Source of the DNA: Phallusia mammillata | Lineage: Eukaryota | Direction of reading: 5' to 3' | DNA: 64,000 nucleotides | Assembly (NCBI GenBank): GCA_965637545.1 | Contig: OZ281501.1 | Coordinates: 5,394,001 to 5,458,000 of the forward strand | Shown: positions 47,251 to 59,925 of the stretch, in pieces | Numbering within the stretch: position 1 is the stretch's first letter | Layout of the letters: every line of letters starts with the position of its first letter | Translations under genes and position numbers: made by a program | The notes under the pieces: model-generated | Seen by the model: only the letters and a program-made list of their open reading frames with translations | The model's database searches: none | What the model was told of the DNA's origin: nothing

Positions 47251-50200
47251 AGCATATCGAGTTACCTTTATGGCTTGAAAACATTTTAGGCTTAAAAAAG
47301 AGAACCCCACAGGATTTGTCAAGGATGTGTTTGCCGCACTGTGCTCCGACCTTACCCTCGACTAATTTTGCACGCTGTGTGAAGTTAAGATATGGGCGCA
47401 GCAGTTGCTCTTTATGCTGGCGCCGTTGAGGTGTTTACCAGCTTGGCTAATCTACACGTAAGCGTACATAATATCCAATGATCGCTTTTGTGCCATTACC
47501 TAATGGTTTTTTGTACCAAACCCTTTTATAATATATCAACTCCGCGCGCCTTCTTATGGTAATGTTTTTGACGAAACACAGGTGCAGTCTACATTTCTTT
47601 TGTACACTGTTACTTTCACGTTTTATAAAAAAAATAAAAATAAAACAAGTTAGGTGTATTTTAACTCCCTAATAAAACGCTTGGGGTCCGCGAACCCTAA
47701 AAACTTCCTTTTCTCAGGTATACCTGTATACCACCAGAGTGAAGCCAGTGAGCAATCGCTTTGCGCTAAAACTAAAAAAGATACGATACTGAAATTTGGA
47801 CACAATATTCTACGCTTTTAAAGCTATTCTACGCTTCAATATTCTACTTTTTTTAGTGTATACCCTGTGTTTTTTGGTCGGATTGTTTGTCTGCAGACAT
47901 AAGTTTTGATTGTTCAAAATAAACTGGTAAGTTTAATCATTTACAGCAAAAAGTTCCCACAGAAGTGCTCTTTACGTGTTTCTAGAAGGCTGCTTACTTT
48001 AAGAGGCAAAAAGTACCGACAATTTACCAAGATTTATTATAATCCTGTTCCTTAGTGTTCTCATACTTACAGGATTTTCAACCTAAACATTTTTGGCATA
48101 AACATACGAAAAACTAACATTGTCTTTGGTTTGTGTCTACTTGACCGTAAAATTGCAGTCTTTGGTACCGATTGCGTTTTATGGGTAATTTGTTTTTGTG
48201 GGAATTAAGCAAACAAAGCATCCGCGCTTGAAATGACCGTGGTTTACGTATAACTGCAAACTATTTGAATCTATGTTTAGTTTAGTCGATTTGGTTTCGC
48301 CAGATCTATTTCATCAGGCGAAAGCAGCACTTGCGATGCAAAAACCGCAATTTTCTGAAACGCTTTGATGTGCAAATTTCAGATGAGACTTTGCATGACA
48401 GGGTATACAATTATTATGCCCATTTCAGCGGCAATTGTAATGTAGGTATATTTAGGGCATTTGTTACCATGGCGACTGTCTCCTTTACAGATTTTTTCCT
48501 GCCAACCATAAAGTTGTACCGGAACTTTCTAAGCGTATATGTGAAGAAATTAGTAAAAAGCGAATGCAAATTTAACAACAATCGGAAAGGATAGTAGTAT
48601 CACCTAAATTTTACCTAACTGCACAGATTACCGCCATTAAATTGATCTCCGCAACAAGCACAATGCATGGAAGCGGTAGTTTATTAACAGGCACTTTGAA
48701 CAAACAGGAAGCAGTGTACGCATTATTTCGGCAAAAAAACGATTTGAACTTTAATTAACATGACAAGCATACTGTGAATGAAAATGGACGAAAATACAGT
48801 GTTAGTGGAACGCAGAATAAACATACAAATGTTTACATGCTGTAATTAGGCCCTTGTCGCATAGAAAAAAAGCGAATGGATAGTTTTGGCACGTAGTCGA
48901 TTGTAGAGCACCCTCAAAATTTGAACAAGGAATACAAAAGTAAAAATACGATATGACGGTCTATGTTCAGCATTATAATGAAAAAACATTGTTCGAAGTA
49001 CAGTTGGCCTCTGAAAGTCGATTTGTACAAAATATGAAATTACGTCGGGAAAACCCATAGCCATAAAAAATGAACGCAAAAACTGTTCGTTTTTGTTCCA
49101 AGCAAAACTTGGAGAATGCTGTTTAGTTGAACGTATGTATAGTATCATGTCGCAAAACGTGTAAATAGAAAGCACTGTGATAGCAAATTAGAGGAATATT
49201 CCTGATGTACTTTTGGGTAAAGCAATTCTGTACAGCGCACCAGCAGTTTTGCTTTGATCAACTAGGCGGCTTCAACGACAAGTGGAACTTTTTCCGACAC
49301 TCAAGCATTTTTCTAGCAAAAGGCTCTAACACAGCATTCATGCTACGTTTATAGTAGAACGAAAATGATAGTTCAACTGTTCGAATAATTCGATTCGGTT
49401 ACGGGTAGGCATTTGATGCTGACATAGCGCTTACGACGTCTTTTCGTTGATTTACACCTCTAAGTTTTTAACGTCTCACATTGACGTGCAACAACATTAT
49501 TGGAAAGCATGTGACCTAGAATGGAAGTACTTTATGTGTGTTGTAAGACATATTAAGTTTGATGGACTTTAAACTGTTCATAGTTTCCCAGCTTGGATCC
49601 ACAAATGATTTAAAACATTTGTAAAAGCACCTATACAAGAATAAAAAACAACACGAAAGTAGTGACATTAACGAAACGGCAGACCCATACACATGGTCGT
49701 CTCGCAAGTACACAAGAACTACCAAGTTTGATCATTTTAGTCAACGGATTGAACGGCAGATGGTAATAAAAAACAAAAGACTGTATTTGACCACGAAAGC
49801 TTCTTTTGTTCAGTTAAAGAGGAGCGAATCCTAAAGGGTTTTTTTTTTCAGAAAACTTTGGAACCATCCCTGTATGCTGTACAACGCCTTTGCACATAAA
49901 AATTGGACAAAACGTTCAAGAGCTTTTGGGGGCCATGAAAAGACTTTCGTTTCGCTAAGTGAAAATTGTGCTGATCTAATGATCACACGATGCATCTCAT
50001 GTAAAAAGCCATTTAAGCCTTGAAGTTTAATTTTACCCCAATTTTGCTTGACAAATTGTTGGATCCACCCCCTTTGTTTTTAGTACAGTGCGTTTGCGTC
50101 TGCATAGCGTGGGTTAAAAGCGCAGGCGTTACAGGCTTGCGTTAGATCAGAATAGCCGCTAGGCTAGAACATTATTTGCATTGAAAGTTTCGAACAAATG

Positions 50201-50286
50201 AAGCATTTTTTACAAAAGATAAGAACAGACTGGTTCGTTTACAAATAATTGCCAAACTAGTGTTTTGAAATAAGTTTGACTTCTTA

Positions 50287-50351
50287 TGTTTTTGTTATGG
50301 TTATGGTTTTCCAATTGCTCGTTATGGAAAGCCATAACCATAACAAAAACA
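50287..50351. other. 27-bp near-perfect inverted repeat (hairpin) ~260 nt past the stop codon of gene D
   Basis: TGTTTTTGTTATGGTTATGGTTTTCCA - 11-nt loop - TGGAAAGCCATAACCATAACAAAAACA; one mismatch, which is a G-U wobble on the plus-strand RNA. Confidence 0.85.
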
Positions 50352-50608
50352 CAAAAAAGTTAGAAGGGGGTCATTGCTAAAACTTGATTGTCATTGTTAA
50401 GAAGTAGAGCATGAATAGCCGCTTGCTAATCTTGTTTCCCCTTTATTGCCGAAATTATTTGGTTTTGAATTTAGAGCTAAGCAAACCACGACTTGTTTTC
50501 CGAGGGTCTTTTTTCCGATCACTACTGAACCGTGGATCGAAACCGTTCGGAAATCCGAAAAATATACAAAGCGTTTTTTTCGTCACTTGGTGTTTTAGCG
50601 GCGAAAAA

Positions 50609-53600
50609 TCACTTGTTGATATTTCCACAATGCATACAAGAGCCTTGAGGAAGTTCCATTACTATCTTCACCGGATGAGAGGACTCTAACTTCACGAACG
50701 AGTTCATTTGCGTCGGTGATCCGTGGCCTTCTTGTGTCACGTGATGTTGCTTGGGAACTGTGTCGCCCTGCTCAAACACCCCCTCTTGAATATCCTGCAA
50801 ATTGGAAAGAAAACTTAAACCCTCGTCTTCGTGATTAGAATAACACCCGCTGTCGTTCCGGTTCCGTTTCGGACAGCAATTGTTATTCGGATTCGATTCG
50901 GGATCAGAATAGACGTGATTTTGTTGCGACTGATTTTGTTGCGCATTAAGAGGCATATTCGGTGTTGTCTGTTCGATTATGTCTTCCCGGTTTTCCTGAA
51001 CAAAATTTGGATTCTGTTTTTCCTCATCCTTGTCTTGTTTCACCCGACTTACACTGCACCTCAAGCGTTTTACGGCAACCAATATGCTAATCATTACAAG
51101 ACAACCTATTACAACCATTATAACAATCCAAAGTTCTCTAGGTGGGGATGTGCCCGTTGGCGCTTTGTCATTGCTTGCTACAATAGTCATGTTCTCTTTT
51201 TTATTGTCAACCATTTTATCAGCAGTTATTTTCGGAAGAACTATTTTTGGTGTTGTACTTTTGGTGGTTACTATAGTAGTGGTTGTTGTAGTGGTGGTGG
51301 AGGACTTGGTAGTTGGTGGTTTGATCGTCGGTGGGGCTGAACAGTTTTTGTTTTCTTCCTTTGACTCACAAACATCGAAGTAGGACTGTTTGAACCGACT
51401 AAGCTTTCTTCCTTGGTACTTTGCTGGTAAACGGCATTCTACGTCGAGCGCACTCCTCCATTTCTTAGTTACGATTTCGCTTGTCAACATATGCTGTAAA
51501 AAAAGTTTTTTTTAAGAAAACGTGTAGCCTGTTTAGTCTGATTTCCAAACAGTAAATCTTCTGAAAAAATTCTGAAATTTACCCAGTATTTGAATGTATT
51601 ACCCTCAAATAAATTTTGTTTACAAATTTGCAGCAAAAAGGGTGTAAATAGGGCCGCCGTCAATCCAATCTAAGAATTCAGGCTTACAAACGTTTGCATA
51701 CAACCGTTTTGAATCTATAATAACGGTTAAATGCGTAAAATTCTCCACCAACCCGATTTCAATGTAAACATGCAGGTAGATTTAGTGTCTGCACCCCAAA
51801 GCTGACACTTAAATAACCTTATCCAAAAAGGAAAACAACAACTTTCACGTACCCAGTAGAAGTACGCAGAGCAATCACAATTCCACAGGTTTCCGTTTAC
51901 GTAGGTTGCAGCGTCGGGCTCTTTGCCGTGTTTGAAAACGCTCCGGAACCAATCGGCGTTCAAGCTAGCCAACTGGTTACCGCTCATTTGCACGCTTTCC
52001 AGCAACCTGCAAAAGCAGATGCGTTTTAAGTACTTGTGCCAAGTTTACTGTAGTGGCGGTTTGGGCTTGTGCTAAGGCGTTTGATAAGGTTTACGCCATG
52101 GCGTCTTGCTGGTGATGGTTTGCTAGTAGTTCCATTGCGTACAAGGGGAGTGTTTAAAGTCCAGTGTTTTGCGGCTTTTCGAAACATTTAAGCGACATTG
52201 CTCTAACCAAGGGGTGCACAACCTTTTCGCAAGGACGGCCACATTCCAGATCCTTGTTTCTTCAACGGCCGCAAAATGTGTTCTTGTTTTTATTTGTAAA
52301 TCACCGATGTAAGGAAAAAGGTTTCCCATACATATACCATCTAATGGCGCCTAAAAAACCCAAATTAATTTCTGACTTGATTTAAAGATCGAGCTGAACA
52401 GGATGTCGATCATTCCTAACTCTCATGAAGTCACCATCTACATTGTGACGCTTATTGTGCCTATTTTTTCGCATTGTTAGTCCATAAAAGGCCTACAAAA
52501 AGTTGGACGAATGTGAATACTGTGCTGGAAAATTTATTTCCACCCCCATTAAAACTATTCAGACCAGTTTTGAAATTCAAATATCTAGCAAAAGAGTTTT
52601 GTTTACGTCACAGCCGTTGGCCCATGTATTTCAATGTACACACATGTTCACGGCCGCATAAATTCGTCTCCGCCGTCGCGTTTGGCCGGACGTTGTGCAC
52701 CCCTGCTCTAACCTATAACGACTTTTTGTTTTAAAGTCGTCATAACACACTACTTTGCAAATAGTTGAATAGACAACATTAAAATACTCTGCAAAAAACA
52801 CTTTTAGTGCAACATTTTAAAATACTGCAGGCACGCCTGAAACAAAACCAAGTTTATTTATTTTGCTTTCGAACCTCATTTTGAAATTCTCGGAGCCGGT
52901 AATGCATGAAATGTTGTTATCTTGCAGGTTAAGGTTCGCCAGTTTTGTAAATACTCGTAGCTCGCCCCCATTGAACGACTGAAGTAGATTCCCTTGCAAA
53001 TTTAGAGTTCTGCAAATAGGCAAATACAAAAATATCGTATTACTTTTTCCTCTTATTTTGTTAAACTTTTATTAATGGTAGAAAGTGGTCATGCACTAAA
53101 AACGAAATCAAGACTTTATTTTATTTTCACATAAACTATTTTAAACATTAATCAGTATTCTAATAAAAACTTTTCAAATTCACTTTATGAGTAAATTCTA
53201 TGCGCCTGTTTATTCAACACTTTGCGATGGCCACATAAAGGAATACTAGTTTAGATGAACAAAGTACTTTATTCGTACCCCAGATTTTGAAACACAGTCT
53301 CGTAACCCCAATCAAGGCGTCGAATTTTGTTTCCACTCAAGTCCAAACTCTTCAGTTTTGCCAATCCACTGAATGCATTTGTCTCTATTACCTCGATTGC
53401 GTTATTTGCCAAAGTAAGAGTTTTAAGGTTTCCGAGTTCGGTGAACAACGTTGCGCTGATCCGAGTTAATTTGTTGCTGCTTAGAGACAAGACTTCGAGT
53501 TCAGTCAAACCTAAAAACACAAAGCCTTGTTAATAGAATATGAATTCGTTCAGCCAAATTTTAATGCCCAGCAGATTTAACATAAGACACTTCTTCTCTG

Positions 53601-56600
53601 CATTAGATTTACAAGACATGTTTTATTGTAGAAAACTAAACAAACGTTTGGTGATTTCAGGTTGAAGTTTATTGTGTTTTAAATTTCATACAACCTAAAC
53701 GTGTACTACGCATATCTTTGTTTTCAGTAAGGGGTTAAATTCTAATCATAGAGTGCAATTCAACAACTAGAGGATAAAATGAAGCCAATAAGGAATTACA
53801 AACATAAAGTTGATCACCGAGTTTTCCCAAGGTAAATTGCAACTCGTGCACACAAAACAAGTGGGTTAACCAGTGGGTTGCTATGAAGCAATGATAACGG
53901 AGAAGAGTTTCTCTTAGCATTCACCAAGAGGTTAAGCAAACACTTGGGAAACCACAGTGCAGTGATTTTCTCCCTACATTCAGACTAAAAGCACACAATT
54001 TAGGCTGATAAGAAAAGACTGGGGATTTTGTGATTAGTTAATACGTCCAAAGTGTCAATGGGACTTGTCCTATTGACGTGTTTTATGTGTTGTAATGTAC
54101 TAGCACGTTTTATTTAAAAGTTAGTAGTATTGTCTATTCTTAAACACGAAACACTGCTCCCATCTACAACGCAACTTGGTAGGATACTAAACCTAGGATT
54201 TCGGAATAACATGGTCCAAGGCCACCAAAAAATGTTTGTTACTGGTTTCATTGCTTGTTCCGTGTTACTGATTGCATCAATGGCCAATCAAATATTTTTT
54301 GTTATTTTTACATTTTATTCTGGCCTGGCACGGAAGTAGCACAGACATGAGACCGATAGTGCCCGAGGCAACTTAGCACGCTTGTTCGTAGTCTTTCTCC
54401 AAGAATTCTTTGTTTGGTTTCAATTATGTCCTGAGGACAGAACACGAATTTGACCACAAGTATTTGCTGAAATGTCTCGGTATTGCCAAAAAAATTTCAA
54501 AAAGGGCTAACTTGGCACAAAACCCTTTTAAAATACAATATAATTAAAAAGACCCGTTATACTGCATATAGTATGTTGTTGGTTTTCGAATTGAAAAAAA
54601 AAACATTTCTTAAAGCTCATGGGACTTTTAAGTTGATAGAATTTTACCCTTAACGTAGTTTCACCTACCATTAAACGCGTTGTCGTCAATGTGAGCAATT
54701 TGGTTGTGGGAGAGAATAAGGGTGGTCAGCTTGGTGCAAGCGCGGAACGGCTGTGCACTGATGCGTGTCATCTTGTTGCCATCCAAGTTGAGAACTTGAA
54801 GTCTAGTGTATGGCACCAGATCACCTGGAACAAGCACAAATGCACCATTGAAACGGAGTTTAGCGAAGTGTATCCCCCACATCATGTTTTGGCGGTACAT
54901 AACAAAATGTTGATGTGCATGATAACCCCGCTAGTGCAGTGGTTAACCAGTGGCGTTTCAAAAAGTACGCGAGTAGCTTTCTGTTATATATATTTAGTTC
55001 AAGTCAATTCAAACACCTTAAAAAAAAAACTGTGTGTACCCATCACATGAAAGTTGAAAATTCATTTCTGGGCAATTGTTTTATGTATTTTCAGTCCGCG
55101 GAAGCGTGCCGCGAAAGATTTTAGCTTGTTGAAGCCATACGAAGTGGAAACTAGAGTTTTGCAAACAATATTTTACAAAGACTTCATAATACAGGACATA
55201 GTTTATATGTAACCGATCTAAATTAATGATTAACGGAACAGGATATTGAAGACCCATTCAACCATTAAACCTGGCGCACGAACCTCGGAATCGTTGCACC
55301 ATATTCTTGTTTGCTGAACAACTAATAACTGTAGCTGAAAAAAGCCTACGATTCGCCTCACTGAAAGGGTGATGCAAGTAAACGCAAAAGGCCATGTTTT
55401 TAGTGAAAAAATGGAGCACACTTTATTATGCATTACAATATCGACAGATACAGGGTCTTTGAGCGTAACAATTTTAAGATAACAGTTGTACTGTTGGTTT
55501 TAGCACCGCAGGGCAACACATTTACGGGGTTTGATTCGAAGTTTGTTTATTAACTATTTTGTTATCGTCACTCGAACTTTGGTTTTATGCTACAACATGT
55601 GCAGGTGTTGGAACGAAAATGCAAATAAGTAACTAAAGTCACTTTCAATTGATTGTACCCTGGCGTTTGTAGTTCTTTGCGCCTATATTTACCTTTTGCT
55701 ATTACCCCACTGTTCAAAGACCCCCTGTTGATTTTGACAATGGCCTCACGGTGTTTACTGTTATACCAACGTATGGAATTGCGACCCTTTGTGCACACTG
55801 TGCGGTTCAGGGTTTAGATTGTTTTGTTAACCAATCGAGTTTATTGAATTCAAATCAGAAAGTCGAATTGCAGTGGAATGGCCTTTGTTGCTTTTGTGTG
55901 TATAGAACGACAAAGATTTTAGTCCTTATTCAAATGTTTACAGCATCAAACACGAATATCTCATTACTCGCATATTCCTATCAACCTAACAAGGGTCAAC
56001 CCCTTAACCCGATTTTAAGACATATAAATTTGGTTTTACTTTTATTACAAACTGTGTCAGCCTTTGGAAAAAACAGAAAAATCCACTCACTTTCTTCAAT
56101 TCAAATCCACTTTCTTCAACCCAAAGTATTACAAAAAGAAATAAACACACCTACTTTTACAGACGAATAGGTCGGTTATTGCAACATTGACACCATATGA
56201 TCGTGTTTAAACTAATGGCGATTTTAACTTGCTGTGGTTAAAAATTGTCCTAACGTATAAAAATCCACGACACAAAGTTTTGTTGTCAGCTAAAGATCTA
56301 AAGTTAGAAAAGAAACCAAACACAACTTACTTTGGAGGTTTTCGAGACAAGTTGAGTTGAAAAACAGACGCATGCTATAAGCTGGATTCATGTAAGCCTG
56401 AATAGTGTCTGGATCAGGGATTTGTGTGAGATTTGAATCGTCACACCACATCTCCTCTGTCTTGTAATCAACATAGCACCTGCAAAGGAGAAATTGCTTA
56501 TATAGTTGGTGAGCCTTTAATATCTCATAGATTTATTCAATTTCAGAAAACTAAAGTGCAATGGTTCCTTTTCTTGGGCGAAAGGTTGACAAGAATTCGG

Positions 56601-56905
56601 TCTGGATCAACGTACAAACTAATCATAAATAGGCATTTTGCACAACCAAAACGTTTACACAGTTTACGGTACACAATGCATATAGTACATGCATTATACT
56701 ATATCAAGCATAGGTCAGCAAAACCAAGCCTGTGGTGGGGTTTGAACCCCACCTACGCAATAACTAATTATTTTGTTATCTTAACAAACATTTCCACCTA
56801 CATCTTATCTCTTTTCGGTGTTCCGTCTTTGCAACTGTACGCAAATGTGCATTCGATCCACACAAGGACTCCAACTTTGGCGATAATCAATTGCAAGTAA
56901 CGCAT
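50609..56905 (-). CDS. LRR transmembrane protein, paralog D (~604 aa; poly-Thr mucin-like stalk, ~150-aa tail)
   Basis: Exons 56802-56905, 56331-56479 (149), 54669-54824 (156), 53279-53510 (232), 52875-53009 (135), 51853-52006 and 50609-51493 (1815 nt; phases 2,1,1,2,2,0). Signal MRYLQLIIAKVGVLVWIECTFA, GNLWNCDC, and TM LWIVIMVVIGCLVMISILVAV followed by KRLR. Confidence 0.92.
52209..52705. mobile_element. hAT MITE in intron 5 of gene D
   Basis: TIRs AAGGGGTGCACAAC / GTTGTGCACCCCTG; perfect TSD CTCTAACC. Confidence 0.9.
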
Positions 56906-58429
56906 CTTCCCCCGTTTGCATTAAAGCTGTGTTCTAATAGTTAGCTGCAAGCTGTTGGCAACTTATATATTCTAAGATACCAAGCAGCTATAGAAGCCTG
57001 CAAAAATGTAACATAACAAAGTACTCCGACGGTGTTAAAAGTGTCACACTGTTCAAAACAGTGGACTTCGTTTAGTGTTTTATGTTCAGCGTAGGTTTGA
57101 CACAGGTTTTACCAAATCATTTTCTTTCTAAAATTCCGAGAAGCATATAAGAAAGCGAGCAACGCAGGTGGTACAAGCGTCTAATTTATAGACATCCATC
57201 CTTCAGTAATAGTGTTTGCCACTCTCGTAAATGGCCACAAACGCTTTGTGCTACCTACATTAACGAGTTTTACCGCACGTCTTTTGCATAGTTACTTTCT
57301 AACCCCAAAAACAAAAGACTAAGTACTAAAGACTACATTAACTCAAGAGTTTCTGTTTAGTCTATGTTGGCAAAATGCCTTGACCCGAACTGCTGATCTG
57401 GTCCTAGCAATAAGTAATCAACAATCATTGCAGCTGTCGCCAGCTCGATAAAGGTTAATTTATTCCCTAGTGGTTTGATCTGATTTGTACCCTGAACCAC
57501 TAATGTAAATATTATGGTGCTTGCATTAACGAGACTAGTTGCGTTAAAGAGACTACTTTGGTACAATTTTAGTGGTGACCGAACGAGCTTTATGAAGTCA
57601 CGTATGACGATGCTTTGCATTTTTTAAGTAGCACGAATACATAAACATAAAAAAATTCACACAAAACACGGATTGAGTTAGGTATTTCGAAAAAAAGTAA
57701 ATTTTACATGGTTGCAATGAAACGAATTAGTAATTTTTTGTCAATAGAGTTTTTGGTCCTGATTGTTGGATGAAAGCCTAATCTCTTCGCAAGCAAATGC
57801 AGCAGGTGCTTAGCAGCTCAACGATAAGCGAGAGACGCCGCGCAAGTAAACAAGCCTGTCGTTCATAGCGTGCAGACTTCCGCAGACCACAGCGAAGCCG
57901 GATTTTGACCTTATACTTTGCTGAGCGACGGCCCGTCTCGCTCTTGCTCCCAGCGCAACGCAAACAACTTTTTTTTCAACGCTTGAACGCATTTGGAGAA
58001 AGATGTGCGCTTGTTTTGTACAATCCGCACCCAGTACCTATTCGCAATGTTGACTCACAAAACACATTTGAAATTAGTTGAACCTGACTACAAGTGAACT
58101 TATTACAAAAACCTTTTAAGGTATTTACGTTTTAATATATCGCTCAAAATCATGAGTAGTTGTGTAAAAACTGTAACAAAAAATGCCTGCGCCATTGCAG
58201 TAATACAGACAACTCGACGGCTAAGCCAATGCCTTGTAAGCCCTTGTTTAAGTAGCAAGTTTTAATCCTGTTCAAGTAACAGAAAACGTTAGTACAAAAC
58301 AGCTGCATCTGTTTCAATGCTTTAACACACTATAAGTTTGCAGAAGTAATACCATCTTTTTGCACTTGTACATAAAACAACCTAGCAGCTTTCGAGCAAC
58401 GAGCAACTTATCTTTTATCGCTTAAGAAG

Positions 58430-58552
58430 GCTAATCCCCCGTTCGCTGCTCAGCTTAGCCCAGAGGCGCCTTTGTTTCTTGGCAACAGGGCGCTAACGGT
58501 TGCTGTTTGTCAAGTGAAAAAAGAGAACAAGTTTCCCGCCGGAGAGGTAAGT
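58430..58552 (+). promoter_or_regulatory. GC-rich putative promoter / first non-coding exon, head-to-head with gene D
   Basis: Local GC/CpG enrichment, RFX X-box-like GTTTCTTGGCAAC (58474-58486) and a consensus donor GAG|GTAAGT at 58546/58547. Confidence 0.4.
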
Positions 58553-59159
58553 GAGACTCTATTCCGCTCGCCGGGGTTTCCCACCAGCAACCCTGTTTAA
58601 ACATACGATTTTGGGCTAAAAGCCTTTTTTATGCGAATGTCCTAATATTTGAAATTGTTTAGGCTTGAAATTTAGGCTTATTCTGTGTTCCTGTGCGGAA
58701 AGCGGTTGTTTTAATTTAATGCAATTACCGGTATTGGTTTCCTGTCAACCTGAGTTTTGATTGAAGAGCGAAACCAAAGTTTCTGTAATAGCATAGCAAT
58801 TATGTTCCGGTTGTTAGGAAATCCGACAATACACAGTGCACGTTTTATGCAAATATACACTTTAACACAGTTACACAGCGCTCCATACATTTGACACCGA
58901 AATTTGATGCTTCTACTTTAAAATATAGGAATGATTGTGTGTTCAAATGACATTGATTTTCCCGGCCAGCAATTTGCATCAACGGGTCTGATACCCCCAT
59001 AAACTTACCAAATGTGCATTTTACATGCGATAAATTTGGATATTTTTCACTCGGCACTCTAACGAAAGTTGCTGTCAACAGTATGGATGGAGATCACCTA
59101 GTTGGAATAATAGGATCAGAATCAACTAAGAATACAATCTTACAAAAGCCTTGAGCTTT

Positions 59160-59925
59160 TGACGTCAATACCCATTGTACTCTTGTCCTCCGACCTGAGC
59201 GTTTTGTTGTAGTTAGTTTTTGTGTAGTTTGGGACACCATAAACCCTCTTACACCAAGGAACACACTTCCGTCTCCTAAACGTTACAACAGAGGTGATTG
59301 CCGTTTGCACATGTGGAATATTAAATTTTGTTTACCCGTTTTGTATAAGGTCGCAGGGTTTTGTATCAGCAACAAAAACTGACCAATTGCTTTAAAAGAT
59401 ATAACACTGCGTACAAGCGTCATTGAAATACTACCTGCAAACTTTTTGCAATCTGATCCTAGTGTATTGTATTGCTATGACGCACAACTTTTGAAGAATT
59501 AGTTATGTCATGACCTAACTTGTGGCCTTTGCTTGTTTTTTTTCCCAAGCAAAAAATGAAGTTGTTGATATTTGAAACCAGTTCTCTAATCTTTTGTATT
59601 GTCCGTGTGAACGATTTTCTTTGGATCAAAGTACTCCAGGCCTATTAAGGGTAGTAATTAAATCAGTATCCCGGCATACGGAAAAGTAGAAGAACCTGCG
59701 GTGAGTTTCGAACCAACTACAGGAATCACATATGCACCATTTAAAAATGTGCATACTCGTATCTCTGGTTTGCTTGAAGGCTTTGGGGCTAATGCTTTCG
59801 TACAGGCTTACCCTTTTAATGAGGTTCGAACCCAGAATGCTCCCGATGAAGAATTCGATCATGTGTTTGTGTTGCTGAATATTGGCTTTGAATCATTCCA
59901 ACAACTGCCTAGTTTTTTATTGTGA
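59160..59925 (+). pseudogene. Degenerate LRR-like coding segments (possible fifth paralog relic)
   Basis: LKDITLRTSVIEILPANFL (~59392-59448) fits the LRR consensus except N->S and aligns in register with exon 3 of gene A, but carries an in-frame TGA (59380) and a downstream frameshift. 59667-59925 is an open, coding-like frame with weaker LRR flavour (ANAF, ESFQQLPS). Confidence 0.4.

Noticed and set aside
18910-56905. Calling the LRR genes Toll-like receptors or VLRs
   Set aside because: No TIR domain follows any TM segment. Each gene is complete and TM-anchored, and there is no incomplete germline gene flanked by an LRR cassette library.
59626-59862. Minus-strand ORF with SISPKAF / KWCICDSC resembling an LRRCT exon
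   Set aside because: It overlaps a plus-strand frame with more coding-like codon pattern and lacks the family's splice phases and WxCDC spacing. Treated as a shadow.
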